A DNA stretch of 64,000 bases from Podarcis filfolensis (lineage: Eukaryota), in the NCBI GenBank assembly GCA_964270895.1, contig OZ185445.1; one strand, 5' to 3'. Numbering within the stretch: position 1 is the first letter of the stretch; each line of letters opens with the position of its first letter. The notes beneath the pieces were generated by a model. The model was not told where the DNA came from. It made no database searches and saw nothing but the letters and a program-made list of their open reading frames with translations. A program made the position numbers and the translations under genes. Positions 10,358 to 22,452 of this stretch are shown piece after piece.

Positions 10358-10493
10358 CAGGCATCCCCAAACTCAGCCCTCCAGATGTTTTCGGACTACA
10401 ACTCCCATCATCCCTAGCTAACAGGACCAGTGGTCAGGGATGGTGGGAATTGTAGTCCCAAAACATCTGGAGGGCCGAGTTTGCCTATGCCTG
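10358..10493. mobile_element. Palindromic hAT-like MITE (GGACTACAACTCCCA family)
   Basis: About 58-bp inverted arms CAGGCAT...CATCCCT / AGGGATG...ATGCCTG around a 20-nt loop. No clear TSD. Confidence 0.8.
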
Positions 10494-11743
10494 GGTTAGT
10501 GAATTTATAAAGGTGAGCAATAACTGATGCTGGCAAAGAGAGTTCTCAAATCTTATCTTCAGAAGGCATTTAATAAATAAACAACCACTATCCAAAAAAA
10601 CACCCCCCCCAATCATAGTGAAAGCCAACATTCTGCAAAGAGTTGGATTTGTTGAACTTGGAGGCCACCTCAATCCTATCATTAATTGTTTCTTTTATCA
10701 TATTGTACTAATGAAAATATTTAATTCTGGCACTTATTTCCTATTATCTTTGCCAAGACGTAACATAAAGTTTGACTTTTTAAATAGAAATGCTTATATC
10801 TTGCCCCAGTAGTGGCCATGAATTAACTATCTGAGCAGATGCAAAAGCTACAGCAACACCATAAAATCACAGCGTATAACACTAGACTAACAATGTTTTG
10901 AGCTACCACAAAGTCAGTTGAATTGACTCAGCTTCTGTGGCTATGGTAGGAAGATAGAAAATTGCCTTACCACCAGACTATTGCAATATAATGCAATCCA
11001 TAGTTCAATGTAGTCTACATTCTTGGAAGTGGGTTACTGGCAGAGGTATTTCTCAACCCTATCTGTGGTTGCCAGAGATTGGACCTTGGACCTTTTGAAC
11101 ATAAAGCATATCCTCTATTGCTGAGTATTATAGAGCAACCTATATGTTTTGGACTGAAGTTCCAATATGAACAAATGTGGCCACAGATTGATGCAATACA
11201 CAGCGACAAGCTACGTGTTACAGTCATAGTTGAACACATCTGCATAAAAATTAGTGGTGCTATTCCTTGGGGGGTGGGGGAAATACTCCCCACAACCTCA
11301 AGGAAATGTTTGAAGGAGGAGAATTATGAAAGCTTTGTAGATCTTCTACCATAAAAGTGAAATTGTGAAAAGGGAAAAGACATTAAGGTTTTCAGAAGCT
11401 TAGCAGGTGGATAATCAAAGCTAGCTACCATCATCAGCAGAACAGAAACAATAGCCAACAATTAGGTTATCTTAGCAATAACAGCCTCTAATTAGGTATT
11501 GCTTAGCATTAAGTAACAATCCGAAGACTAGTCTCCCAGAAACCATAGCTAGAACAACAGTATGGTTTAATTGACCACAGCTATGGAGTAATCAGTAGGG
11601 TGCAAAATAAATAGCTTAGTATATGGTTTGCTACAAGGTGCTGAAATGTAAAGTGGATCTTATAAGCACTACAGAATTAAAAGGGACCTCTTATGCTTCT
11701 CTGACTTTATGACACATATATGGCCTAATCACCAAGACATTAC

Positions 11744-11773
11744 CTCTAACCCATTTTCGACATATGCCATCTC
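11744..11773 (-). CDS. Candidate micro-exon (30 nt, phase 0-0)
   Basis: ttgttttaaaacag|GAGATG...TTAGAG|gtaatg, reading EMAYVENGLE. Confidence 0.2.
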
Positions 11774-12851
11774 CTGTTTTAAAACAACTCTCATTTATAG
11801 CCATGCATTCTCAATTGTACATCCACTCCTAAACAAGAGCCAAAACAGTATTTGAAAATGAACTTCATTTAGGAAATAAGAATAAAATGGACACGTTTCT
11901 GTTAAAGTGAGTTTGTTATATTATTAAATATGTAGAATTATCACCACCATGAAAAGGGACAGTGTTTATGGCATGACTTGGGTATATAAATGAATGCTTC
12001 CTTAAATAAGTTAAACACACACTGTTTATTTGAATGTTTCATTTTGTTTCTGCTATTAAACAGGAACTAAAAAACCCAACTTCAGTCAATCAGTAAACAG
12101 GATCATTACTTCTGTTTCAGATTCCAAATCAAGGGTTTCATTTCATTTTTCTAGCACAATAATGCATACAGATGAGGAAGTCACATTGCAAATAACTTGT
12201 ATCAGAATGGTATTTACTATGCTTATGGTAAGTAATTGACATTATTGACTTAATTCAGGGATGTAGAAAAACACCAAGACTAAATTGATGAGAAGAATGA
12301 AGAAGTGCATCAGAGTGTTAAAAATCTGAAATCAGAGTAAAGCCCATTATTTAGTTTGTAACTTAAATATACATATGCACATATGGGTATAGAAATGTAC
12401 AAATAATGTGTATGATATTGATTCTAATTTCCCACAGGGCAAACAGAAGAATACTGATGGTTCAAATGGGTATTCTAGGATTCATTATCAATATACTATA
12501 ATACAAATGTTGGATACGTACTATGGATTTACTGTCCCCATTCAACTTGTTCCATTAGCAGCTAATGGCCATATAAGTTTTTTTATCATTTTATTGCTCA
12601 AAGGATCTTTATTATTGAAAATTATATTATACTGTTGTGAATCAGATCACCCAAACTGAAAATGCGACTCAGTCATTGGGTGACTTGCCACACACTTCCT
12701 TGTTATTTCTTGCATTACTTCCCAAACTGAAGATTAGCATCACTTTGTGGGTCACAAGTGCCTTGCTGGTCCAGAACAAAGTCAACCAACAGCCTTTTCT
12801 GTTGAGTCCTTTTTCAGGGATGCTTTTAGGGGAAATTGTCCCAGGACTTAC

Positions 12852-12944
12852 ATATGGAGGGAGCCATGTCAGCAGTGACAAACAGTACATTCAAATGGGC
12901 AGGTTGGTGTTCAAATGGGTATACAACTCTTGGGATCTCACAGT
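12852..12944 (-). CDS. Candidate exon (93 nt, phase 1-1)
   Basis: ccttgcccataag|ACTGTG...CCATAT|gtaagt. One frame is open (CEIPRVVYPFEHQPAHLNVLFVTADMAPSI). Confidence 0.25.
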
Positions 12945-13419
12945 CTTATGGGCAAGGAGCATTACACACACACACACACACAAACAACTTGTGAAGAACT
13001 GTGTGTGGGGAGCTTCTAAAATAGTATTGACTTCTTAGGGTGGCCATTTTCTCAAAGGTGGTGCCATCTTGGAGAAACACAGCTGATGCTTCTCTTTGAA
13101 GTGGCACCATCTTGGAGTCATTCCTTGGCTGACAGAAGAGGAGCAATGAGGAAGCAACAAATGTAGCTACCAATGAATTTACTTTGCTACATGGAGTAGG
13201 CGGTCTCACCCTGCCTTGAGATCAATTGGGCTGCCTTTAGGCAAGAACAAATGCTTACAGCCATTTTCATCTTAACTTCAAAACTCCTGGTAGTCATCAG
13301 ATGGTTGGACTTCTTCTGGGTTTGTTCAGATAGGATTTAATCTGCATTTAGCAACCTAATGTACCGTACTTCCAGGGTCAAGGCTGCATTTCTGACAGAG
13401 CCAGCCCTCCCATTACACA

Positions 13420-13515
13420 GGGAGAGTGCTCAGGCCCTGCTTGCCACTGTTTGGGCCTGGCCACTGTGAAAGCAGCATGATGGCATGATCCAGCAGAGTT
13501 ATTCTTATGTTCTTA
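13420..13515 (+). mobile_element. Degraded CR1 LINE 3' end
   Basis: GGCCACTGTG...GATCCAGCAG...TTCTTATGTTCTTA matches the CR1-type 3' terminus. Confidence 0.6.
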
Positions 13516-13591
13516 GGCCATTATTAGGTCTCAGGCAGCTGATTTGGGGGGTCATGAAAGGCCAGCAAATTGTCAAGTATTTAATGTATGA

Positions 13592-13833
13592 CAGTGGTAC
13601 CTCAGGTTAATAACTTAATTCGTTCCAGAGGTCCGTTCTTAACCTGAAACTGTTCTTAACCTGAGACACCACTTTAGCTAATGGGGCCTCCCAGTGCTGC
13701 CACACCACCACCGTGCAATTTCTGTTCTCATCCTGAAGCAAAGTTCTTAACCCGAGGTACTATTTCTGGCTTAGCAGAGTCTATAACCTGAAGCGTCTGT
13801 AACCTGAAGCGTCTGTAACCTGAGGTACCACTG
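13592..13833 (+). mobile_element. Tc1/mariner MITE, 242-bp subfamily
   Basis: CAGTGGTACCTCAGGTTA...TAACCTGAGGTACCACTG-TA. Confidence 0.9.
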
Positions 13834-15860
13834 TATTGTATTTTACTGTCATGACGGGAGAGGGGTACTTGTGGGATCTACTGCCTCAGGTGTTGAAATA
13901 ACTTGTCTGGCCTCTGGTACTGTGCATCTTAACTTTGTGAGGAGGGCACCATTTGTTAATCCTCCTCAGGCTGGAAAATGTCTTCAGCAAGCTCTTGCTC
14001 CAGAGAATGTGAAGTAATAGTTATAAGATGTACTCTGTGCACAAAGTATGGTGACTTTAGAACAAACTCAAATAATCAGGCATGACTAAAGCCCACCAGA
14101 AAATGGTCTTCCGATGCCTCAGGGCCTGGTCTCGAGAGCTTTGTGGAAGGCCTGGCCTGAAATTATTCCAGACCCTGGTGAAATATAAAACAAAGACCGG
14201 ACACCCTAGCATTCCAACAGAAAAGAAAAGTAAAACTCTGAGCATGAAAATGATACATTTTCCTCAGTACACAGCCATCCTTCAAATAACTAAAGGTCAA
14301 CCTAGGCTTGATGAGAATTGCCTAAATACAAATAGCATGCAGTTCTTTGGTTATGCAAGAAGCAGGTGTGGGGAAGCCCAAACAGCCTCAGGACTATTCA
14401 GTTAGAGAGGGAAAGTTTAATTCCATCTCTCCATGCTAAAGTTTGGAAAAAAGATGCCTCTCTCTGAAGCTGCAATTTGCAGCCCAAGGGAAATATCTTT
14501 TGGTGCCAATAGGCAATTCCGCCCCCTGCCCCAAGCTAAATTTAGCTCCAAGAGGAAAGCTTTTCTTCACACAGCAGCAAAGGAAGAAAGGGTTAAATTT
14601 CCCCTCCATGTCTGTTCTGATCCCATTATTATCACACACACACCCATGATGCAATAAATATTTTTAAAAGTCTGCATGTTTGCTGCAAAAACTCATTTAA
14701 GATCACTGAATAAATAGAAAGTTATTTGCACAGGTGCATATACATGTTTAAAGTCTGTACTCCTAAAAAGGGTCATTGTTTTATATATATTGTATTTTAC
14801 TCAATAATTTAGTAGGAGCATTTGTGAGCCTAATAATATATAGGGAATATTCATATGCAGATAAAGGAGGCATTAAGAATCTTTCACAATGACAAATAAC
14901 TCATTCAGCTCCTCCTGATAAGGTTAAGAAATGGAGAGTTTGGCTTCCCTGCAGAAATCCTTTCCCCTTTCCCCTTCCTTAGAGAGAGAGGGGTCCACAT
15001 CCTCTTCCACAATAAAATGTTATTTTTATGGATCCATTATTTTACTTGCATCTCGTTGTCATTGCATATTCATGCCTTCATGACATTATGTCATTGTTAT
15101 GAATGTATATAAAAATACTATATAAATCATCCTAATGAGATAAACAATCAGTAGGGCCACCTCTTAATCATACCAGTCATCATTTTGTGACCAGGATACA
15201 TTGCAAACACACAGTGCAGACTACAAAGAATGTTATGCAACAGTATTATTTGACCATGTCACTCCTAACAAACCCAGTCGATAGTGTTCATGTCATGACT
15301 CGACTCGAAATAGCTCAGGGGTTACCCCAACGAAGCACCCTCGGATTGGTGCAACTCCTGTGTGTAGGTAAAGCCTATAAAATCCCAAAGAGCCTGGTTG
15401 TCGTTAACTAGCTTATTTCACTTCCTTCCATCCTCAGTAGACAGCATTAATTCTGTTTCTAATTAGAATTGCACAATTTAATTCTTCTGCTCTGGGCTAT
15501 ACAGAAGATATGGTTCATGTAACAGCAGCTTGGAGCGTACACACTTCTTGTAATCTGTTTGTAACTCGTGCTGCAGATGCTCTAAGAGGCAGTACTTCTG
15601 ATGTTACAAACTGCAGTTGGCCGTACACCAGGGATCATTTCCCCAGCATGCTCGAGGATCACTCTGCGAACCGCCCGCTGCGTTTCTCCAGTTGAAACCA
15701 ATCTCACTGCTGCTGTAAAAGAGCTATGCTTCTGTTAGCAATGATGACTCAGTACATTACTGTGGATTTTCCTCCTTCTGTGAGTCAGGTATCATATACA
15801 ACAGCCAGTGGAATTTTCTGTTTGTTGTTCCTCTTCCTGTAGCAAACCATTAACTTTAAC

Positions 15861-15866
<6 letters not shown>

Positions 15867-15898
<32 letters not shown>
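15867..15898. repeat. (AT)n microsatellite
   Basis: Pure AT run. Confidence 0.95.
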
Positions 15899-15902
<4 letters not shown>

Positions 15903-18844
15903 ATTATATCGAATTAAGCGTCCATCAAGCCAATTCCTGGGGTGGGGTAGCTTTATTAAATAACCACTGAAGCGATCCAAGAGGAAATGCTTCTTGTGAG
16001 CCTGGTCAAAACACACAGAAAATATAATGTGTTCTCTTTGTACTGCATTACTGCAGGCAGAATGTCTTGTAGAAGATAAATGGACCAATCCAAAAGATCC
16101 AGATGCACATGGATATCTGACACATGCAGGCTTCCCAGATCATTTCAGTGGAGGAATCATTTATTTATCCAGACAGCAACAGAAGCCAAGTCCTCCAAAG
16201 GGTTCACTGTCCATTTGTCTGTCTACAAATCAGAATAGAGTTGTTGAAGTACAAACAACCTCTAATCATATACAAAATGCACATTCTATTTAAATCAATG
16301 GTTGATGTGGATTACCGTATATCAATGAATATCTACAAAGCTGCTTTCCTTCTATAACCATTTTCATATGGTGCTTCAAGTCTTATTACACCACAATAGC
16401 AACTTTTCCTTCTTCTTGAAAGCTTTATCCTACTACCTGACTTGAGCTATTGCTGATAGGCATAAATGCATGCTAGCGAACAAGCATTTATGAAAGCTTA
16501 CACATGTTACACTATGCTTGTTTAATAATCAATCACGCAGTGTTCACCCAACATCTTTATATGCTGTCATTTTGATTGAGACAAAGTGCTCCACGCAGAC
16601 TTGCATTGTACTAGAATAAAGGTGTGCTAATTGCAAGACAAACTTTTATGGTACGTATCTCTTATGATTTATGACAAGAGGCTTTTTTCCTACATACTGA
16701 GAAAATGTCAGAATATGATACTGCTATGGTTTGAGGAGTTTGACCTGATTCACTTGCAACGCTAAGCCAAACCATGGCTAAGCATGAATGTGCAATTGTA
16801 CAGCTATTCATAGCAAAGATCTTGGCCGTTTCACTTCTCTCCTGGTCCTGCTGCACTAATACCTAGTTTTGTTTAGAGGTTTGTTCAAATACAGGCTCAT
16901 GGTTTGTCTCACTTCAGATAAACCACTAACCATACATGGCATGTGGCCTTCAAGGATGGATGCTGGTGTCTATTCACATCCACACTGGAAGATGGACGAG
17001 GTAATACATCTCTCTATACATCAGAGATGGGGAACATACAGCCTTTCAGATGCTGTTGAACTATAGCCCCCATTATCTCTGAATACTGGCTGGAGCTGGA
17101 GTCCAAGAATGTCTAGAGGGCAACAGGTTCCCATCCTGCTATATAGACACTGCAGTGATGTGTGTGTGGAGCGTTGCATGTGTGTCAGGGTTCTTCACAG
17201 CAAGCAGGGCCTGGATGCTTTGTTCACCCCAATAATACTAAGGTTGTGTGACATTTTACCACCTGAATCTTCTCAGCAGGTAGGAAAGGTAACATGTACA
17301 CAGTTACAACATACAGAAAAGCTGAGGCAAGGATTTCAGCCCACAGCAAACTCTTAAAGGTATTTAACAGGAAACAACCATTCTAACTATAACTAAGTGT
17401 CTCTGTAGGAAGACACACAAAGGGTTTAATTTAGCAACAGTCTGCACCATAAAATATTAGTCAAGTGCTAACATAGCCATTAATACTCTTTTTTAACAGA
17501 AGGCAATTTCACAGACTCATTTACCAACTGGAATCTCCCAAGTCTAGTTGGTAATTGTGCTTTTTATTCATCTCTGTAAATTCCATTTAGTGCTTTTTAG
17601 CTGTTTCTTAGCATAAATGCATTGAATGTTGTTAAATTGGATTAATAGGTTTTATATGTAATATATATTATGTATTCATTTAACTGGAGGTGTTTCAACT
17701 CATATTGCCGCAATCTCTTTTTTAAAATGTCGTTTTATTTTGCAGATTTTATTTTATGGACTTTTTTCCCCTCTGGAAAGACTTGCAGTATATGTTTATG
17801 ATGTATGCTTTATAAATAGAGATATACTTACCGCAGAAAGTTGGGGTTGTGGTCATCTTTAGCTCAGTTCACATTGTTTTGGCCTGAAGCAAGCCAAAGG
17901 AGAAAATCAATTCAGGTGCATTAGAACCTATATGTGAAATCACAAAAATATTGTAGGAGCATTTAAAAGAATTATGTAGCTGCTGTAACTTAAAATAGAT
18001 ACAAAGATAGGGCATTGTGCTCCAGCTCATATTCTCTAGAAATTTTATGTGCAGCATAGTAACATTTTAGTAGATGTGAGCCTAACATTTCTCATTATAT
18101 GAATTGGACTTTCTCTACAAAAATGAAATGAGTAGACTGCTGTTTCGATGAAATCTGTTCTTAAAGAAATAAAAATAAATTAGATTCAGATTTAGCTGTG
18201 ACATCAGTCAACAGCTCAGTTGGTTGATCCAAAGAAAGCTGATTGGCTCAATCACAAGTTTTTGTTATTAATATCCTACATTAATTTTACAAATTAAATT
18301 TCAAACTGTAACTCATTTATAGAAGATAGCAAATGATGCGGGGAATGAATTTATAAACCAACTTGGGAGGTTAATTTATCCTGAAAGGTAGTTTAGAAAT
18401 CTGTTAACTAAAGGAGGAAAGGAGGTACATAAACACAAAATAATAATAATAACAGCAACTATTATAATTTAGTGTCAGTAGGGATGGGAGAGAAGCATTA
18501 TTCAATTTATATTTAAATGTGAATCTCCCCATTCTCTGTCAGAAATAACAGGCCACCCAAAAAATAAGCAAAAAACACTTCTTGTTGTTATTTCTTTATT
18601 TATTAAGTTTATGAATCACACTTCCTTCAGAAGGAGCACAGATATGATGTACAATAAAAGATAAAACAACCATGTATAAAAAATAAATAAAACACACACA
18701 AATAACCATTACTATCTATAAAATAACAAAACCATTCAAACACAGGAATCATTTGCAGCTGTTTGGCATTAAAATAACAGAATCTCTATCAACTAAACGC
18801 AAAAAAAGGGATAACAATCCCAGCTCCAGGTGGGTGGGTGGGTG

Positions 18845-18960
18845 GGTGATCCAAAGTGAGGGGGCCACCACAGAGAAGTCTGTGCCATATATCCCTGATT
18901 CATGTAACCTAGTAGCGGCCATGAACAAAACCCCATACCCACCAAATCTTAGGGAATGAG
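18845..18960 (-). mobile_element. Old L2 ORF2 fragment
   Basis: Minus frame has DFSVVAPSLW, matching the RAFSVVAPALW motif of the young L2. Confidence 0.55.
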
Positions 18961-18996
18961 TTAGCTGGTATTGGAGGAGTTGCTCTTGGATTACAT

Positions 18997-18999
18997 ACA

Positions 19000-19056
<57 letters not shown>
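18997..19056. repeat. Compound (AC)n(AG)n microsatellite
   Basis: Directly visible in the sequence. Confidence 0.95.
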
Positions 19057-19061
<5 letters not shown>

Positions 19062-19229
19062 CTGGATATAAAGATATTCACCAACATTCTCAAAATATGG
19101 CAATCTGGCAGTTTCAACATGCAAAGTGAATATTTGCTTTGTCCCAAGCCAACTAAAATTAGTCCCAATGAAGCCAGTGAGACCAATAATTTGTGACTAA
19201 ATTTAATACCATTGTTGCCAGTCGAAGTT

Positions 19230-19310
19230 AGCCTGCAATTCTATGCACACTTACTTGGGAGTAAATTCTAATGAAGTAAATGGAACTTACTCCTCGGTAA
19301 AATTGTGCTG
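19230..19310. repeat. Short palindromic squamate repeat (GCTGCAATCCT...CTTACTTGGGAGTAA family)
   Basis: Related copies at about 23385-23482, 31060-31126, 33101-33190 and 34860-35290. Confidence 0.6.
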
Positions 19311-20369
19311 CATGTCACAACTAACTTTAGCTGAACTGGAGTATTTACTTTGAATATAAATTTCTTTTTAAAAAAAAGAAAAGGAAAGGAAAAAAAGGCT
19401 ATACTAAAACAGATAGTTAATCCTTACCACCCAAGCCTGCCCACCTTCTGAGTCTCTTCTTTTCTTCTTTCTGCTATATGGAAACAGTGTTCTTTTCATT
19501 CCTTACTGTGGTTTTCAGCCTTGACATTGTAGAGAACAGAGAGATACTGTGCAGTTCTAAGAATTATCACCAGTGTAGCTCCCAGCATGAATTGTCCTGT
19601 TCCCCTGTTATTGCCGCACACTAATAAAAGCTGAACAATATTTGCAGGTTTTGTGAGATAGAAAGAGTGATTCATATTTAATCTTACAGTTGTTCACTCT
19701 GGAAAAAAAACTTTCAATCTTCCATCTGATTCCAAATGTGTTCTTGTCATTTGCATACGAGGTATATTTTATTCAGATGTTTTTATCTCTGAAATCTATA
19801 TCATTTGCTCGTTCTTGGGGAGAAGGTTGTCAGTGAACTGTTTATATACTCTGGCTTTGGGTATGGATTTGGCAGGCTTTTCCCTCCGCCCCCAAAAATC
19901 CTCACAAACAGCATGGAGGCTGTAGATTTCTGTTCTGAGCACAATAGATCAACAGCTTTATAACAGGCAGCAATTCCTTGATAATTATTGGACCTGCTTT
20001 TTTAAGTGTACCATTCTTAATTTAATGTAGAAATATATTAGCTGTGGCCTATTTCTTGCCACTTCCAATATGTGTACAGGTTTTTAATTTCTACACCAGG
20101 TTTAAATATTGTTTTAATGTCACTGTAGGAATAATAACATCAAAGAGTGACCACAATCCAGCAAGAAATTAGGTGTTTCTTAAGCCACACTAGTCAGAAG
20201 AATGTTGACTGTGCATAACAGATTTAATTGTTTAACTGCTTTAATTGTTCGGCTGTCTTAATGTGATTGTTTTCTCGTGCAAAGAATATATGAATGCTTA
20301 TATTTTAACTGGTTTTCACTTTGTAAACAGCTTAGAAGCCTCTCTTGACACTAAGCAGCATATAAATTA

Positions 20370-20580
20370 CATTATGAAGACCTTTCTGTTCCAGCAGGCA
20401 TTTAAAGTAAGTTACATTATGCCTATTTATGGGGTTTATGTTTCTTTACCTGTGGTTTTTGTCTGTTTTGAACATCATGTTAGTTGACGGATGAATTATT
20501 CTATTGATTTTTTTGTAAACCAGTTTGTGACCATCTGTGGTAAAAAGCAGGCTATAAAAATTGAAAATATATAAATGTGC
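20370..20580 (+). mobile_element. Old L2 3' fragment
   Basis: Encodes MKTFLFQQAF (L2 ORF2 end) followed by a UTR-like tail. Confidence 0.55.
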
Positions 20581-21892
20581 ATTGGTTTGGGACCAACATA
20601 TTTAATAATGATGCCACATATCAAAAATTATTCCCACCTCCCAAAACTATAATTATTATTATTGTTATTGTTATTATTATTAATTCCTTAGTGAATTGTC
20701 CTTTGTTATTACTGTGTAACAATGTCTAAATAATACTGCCTCAGCTACTATTATCTGTACTACAAAAATCATGATGGCAGGAAAATGAACTATTGTTCCC
20801 ATAGAGAAATGACAAGCCTGAACTGAGTTTCAAACACCATACAGATCAAACTTGGGGAATAAGAATGGTTCTATTTCCTAGACCAAATTTGATGTGACTG
20901 ACATAAAATGCTGATAAAGAAAACCAGCTTCCCTGATGAATTCCATTCATAGTGTTTCTTTCTGTAAGAAGAATTGTCCTTGACTTTCAGATATATTCTC
21001 TTATGCTTCCAAAAATAGGTGACTCGTAAAGTCCTGATCATCAAAATAAGACTGAAACTGACATGCTTTGTGTCTTTGTTGACTTTTGAACTGTTGGCAG
21101 TGGCGCAAAAACCTAGGTGCCATCATTGATTCCAATCACATAGTGACTGGCTGCAGGTGCAGAGGAGGAAATAAGGTTTTCCACTGTGCTGTGGCCATCA
21201 CTACAAAAGCTTCCTCTGCCTTTAACCAGGTAAAGCAAAAACAGCAGGTAGCCTTATACCCTCCCTCGGCTGTGATCTCAGCTCATACACATACACTCCA
21301 ATATGTCACAGATAAATATGATAAGTACTTGTAACACTCCTATTCCTATACCAAGGATCAGAGCCTGTTTGTGTACATGCACACAGACACTGTTATACAT
21401 TGCTAAAGGCTGTTCACCTGAGATTTGTTTACACGGCAATAGACTGCCTTGAGCTAGCCTCTGTATCAGCTGTGTCCATAAACTGATTGTAACAGTTTCC
21501 CTTTTTGACCTAAAAGAAAAATAGATACTGTATATGCCTCACTTTTCAAACATCAAGTGGTGTAAAGTTTGTGCAAGTCTGAAAGAATGTTTGATTTCAC
21601 ATCCAAGATTTGATTGCATTTATTTATAGAATCATTACAATCTAAGCAATATTTTCAGCAATATTTACTTTCTGCAAAGTAGCTATGAGAGAGGGGGATG
21701 GAAGGAAAGTTGGTGCACTTGTGCCCAACACTAAAACGTTTAAAATAGAAAGTGAGGGTCAAGCTAAATGTGACAATGCAAATGTATGAATGAATCTGAG
21801 AACATCTAGAGGACCATGATGTGTTGGGGCAGTGGCACTTACCCAACCTCCCAAAACTGAGTCGTTGCTGCTTACTGGGAGGGAGAGAGGAA

Positions 21893-22012
21893 AAGGCAGC
21901 CCTGTTCAGGGAAGTTTTTAATGTGTGACATTTTAGTGTATTTTTGGTCTCTGTGGAAGCCGCCCAGAGTGGCTGGGGAAACCCAGCCAGATGGGCAGGG
22001 TACAAATAATAA

Positions 22013-22055
<43 letters not shown>
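21893..22055 (+). mobile_element. Short L2 3' end, same family as 2412-3225
   Basis: Near-identical to 3076-3225, including the stem-loop and (TTA)n tail. Confidence 0.92.
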
Positions 22056-22058
<3 letters not shown>

Positions 22059-22325
22059 AGACAGTGGTGAATTCAGCACCTGTGGAGCCAATTCAGCACT
22101 GCTGCCAGTGTGTTTGCACCTCGCTGACCATCGCTCTCCCTCCAGCAAGAAACAGTGACTGAGCTTTTGGGAGGTCACGTAAGTGCTGCCACCCTACCAT
22201 GCCATCCACAACAGCTCTCAGGTGCTTTCTGCACTGGGCAGTACTGGGTGACTGCTGGCTCAGCAAATCTCAGAGTTGTAGACAAGAAGGGAAGAGAGGG
22301 AATAAAACCTTAGAATAGGAAGAGC

Positions 22326-22452
22326 ACGCCTTCATCAACCTAGTGCCCGCCAGATGTTTTGGACTATAACTCCCATCATCCTGAGTCAGCATAGTCATGT
22401 TGGCGGGGATGAATGTGAACTGTAGTCTAAACCACCTGGAGGGCATCAGGTT
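22326..22452. mobile_element. Degraded palindromic hAT-like MITE
   Basis: CCAGATGTTTTGGACTATAACTCCCATCATCC...CTGGAGGGC. Further copies at about 17028, 40350, 41745, 61690 and 63622. Confidence 0.65.

Noticed and set aside
13040-13120. Three YY1-like CCAT(C/T)TT motifs suggesting a solo LTR
   Set aside because: No LTR termini, TSD or poly(A) signal found.
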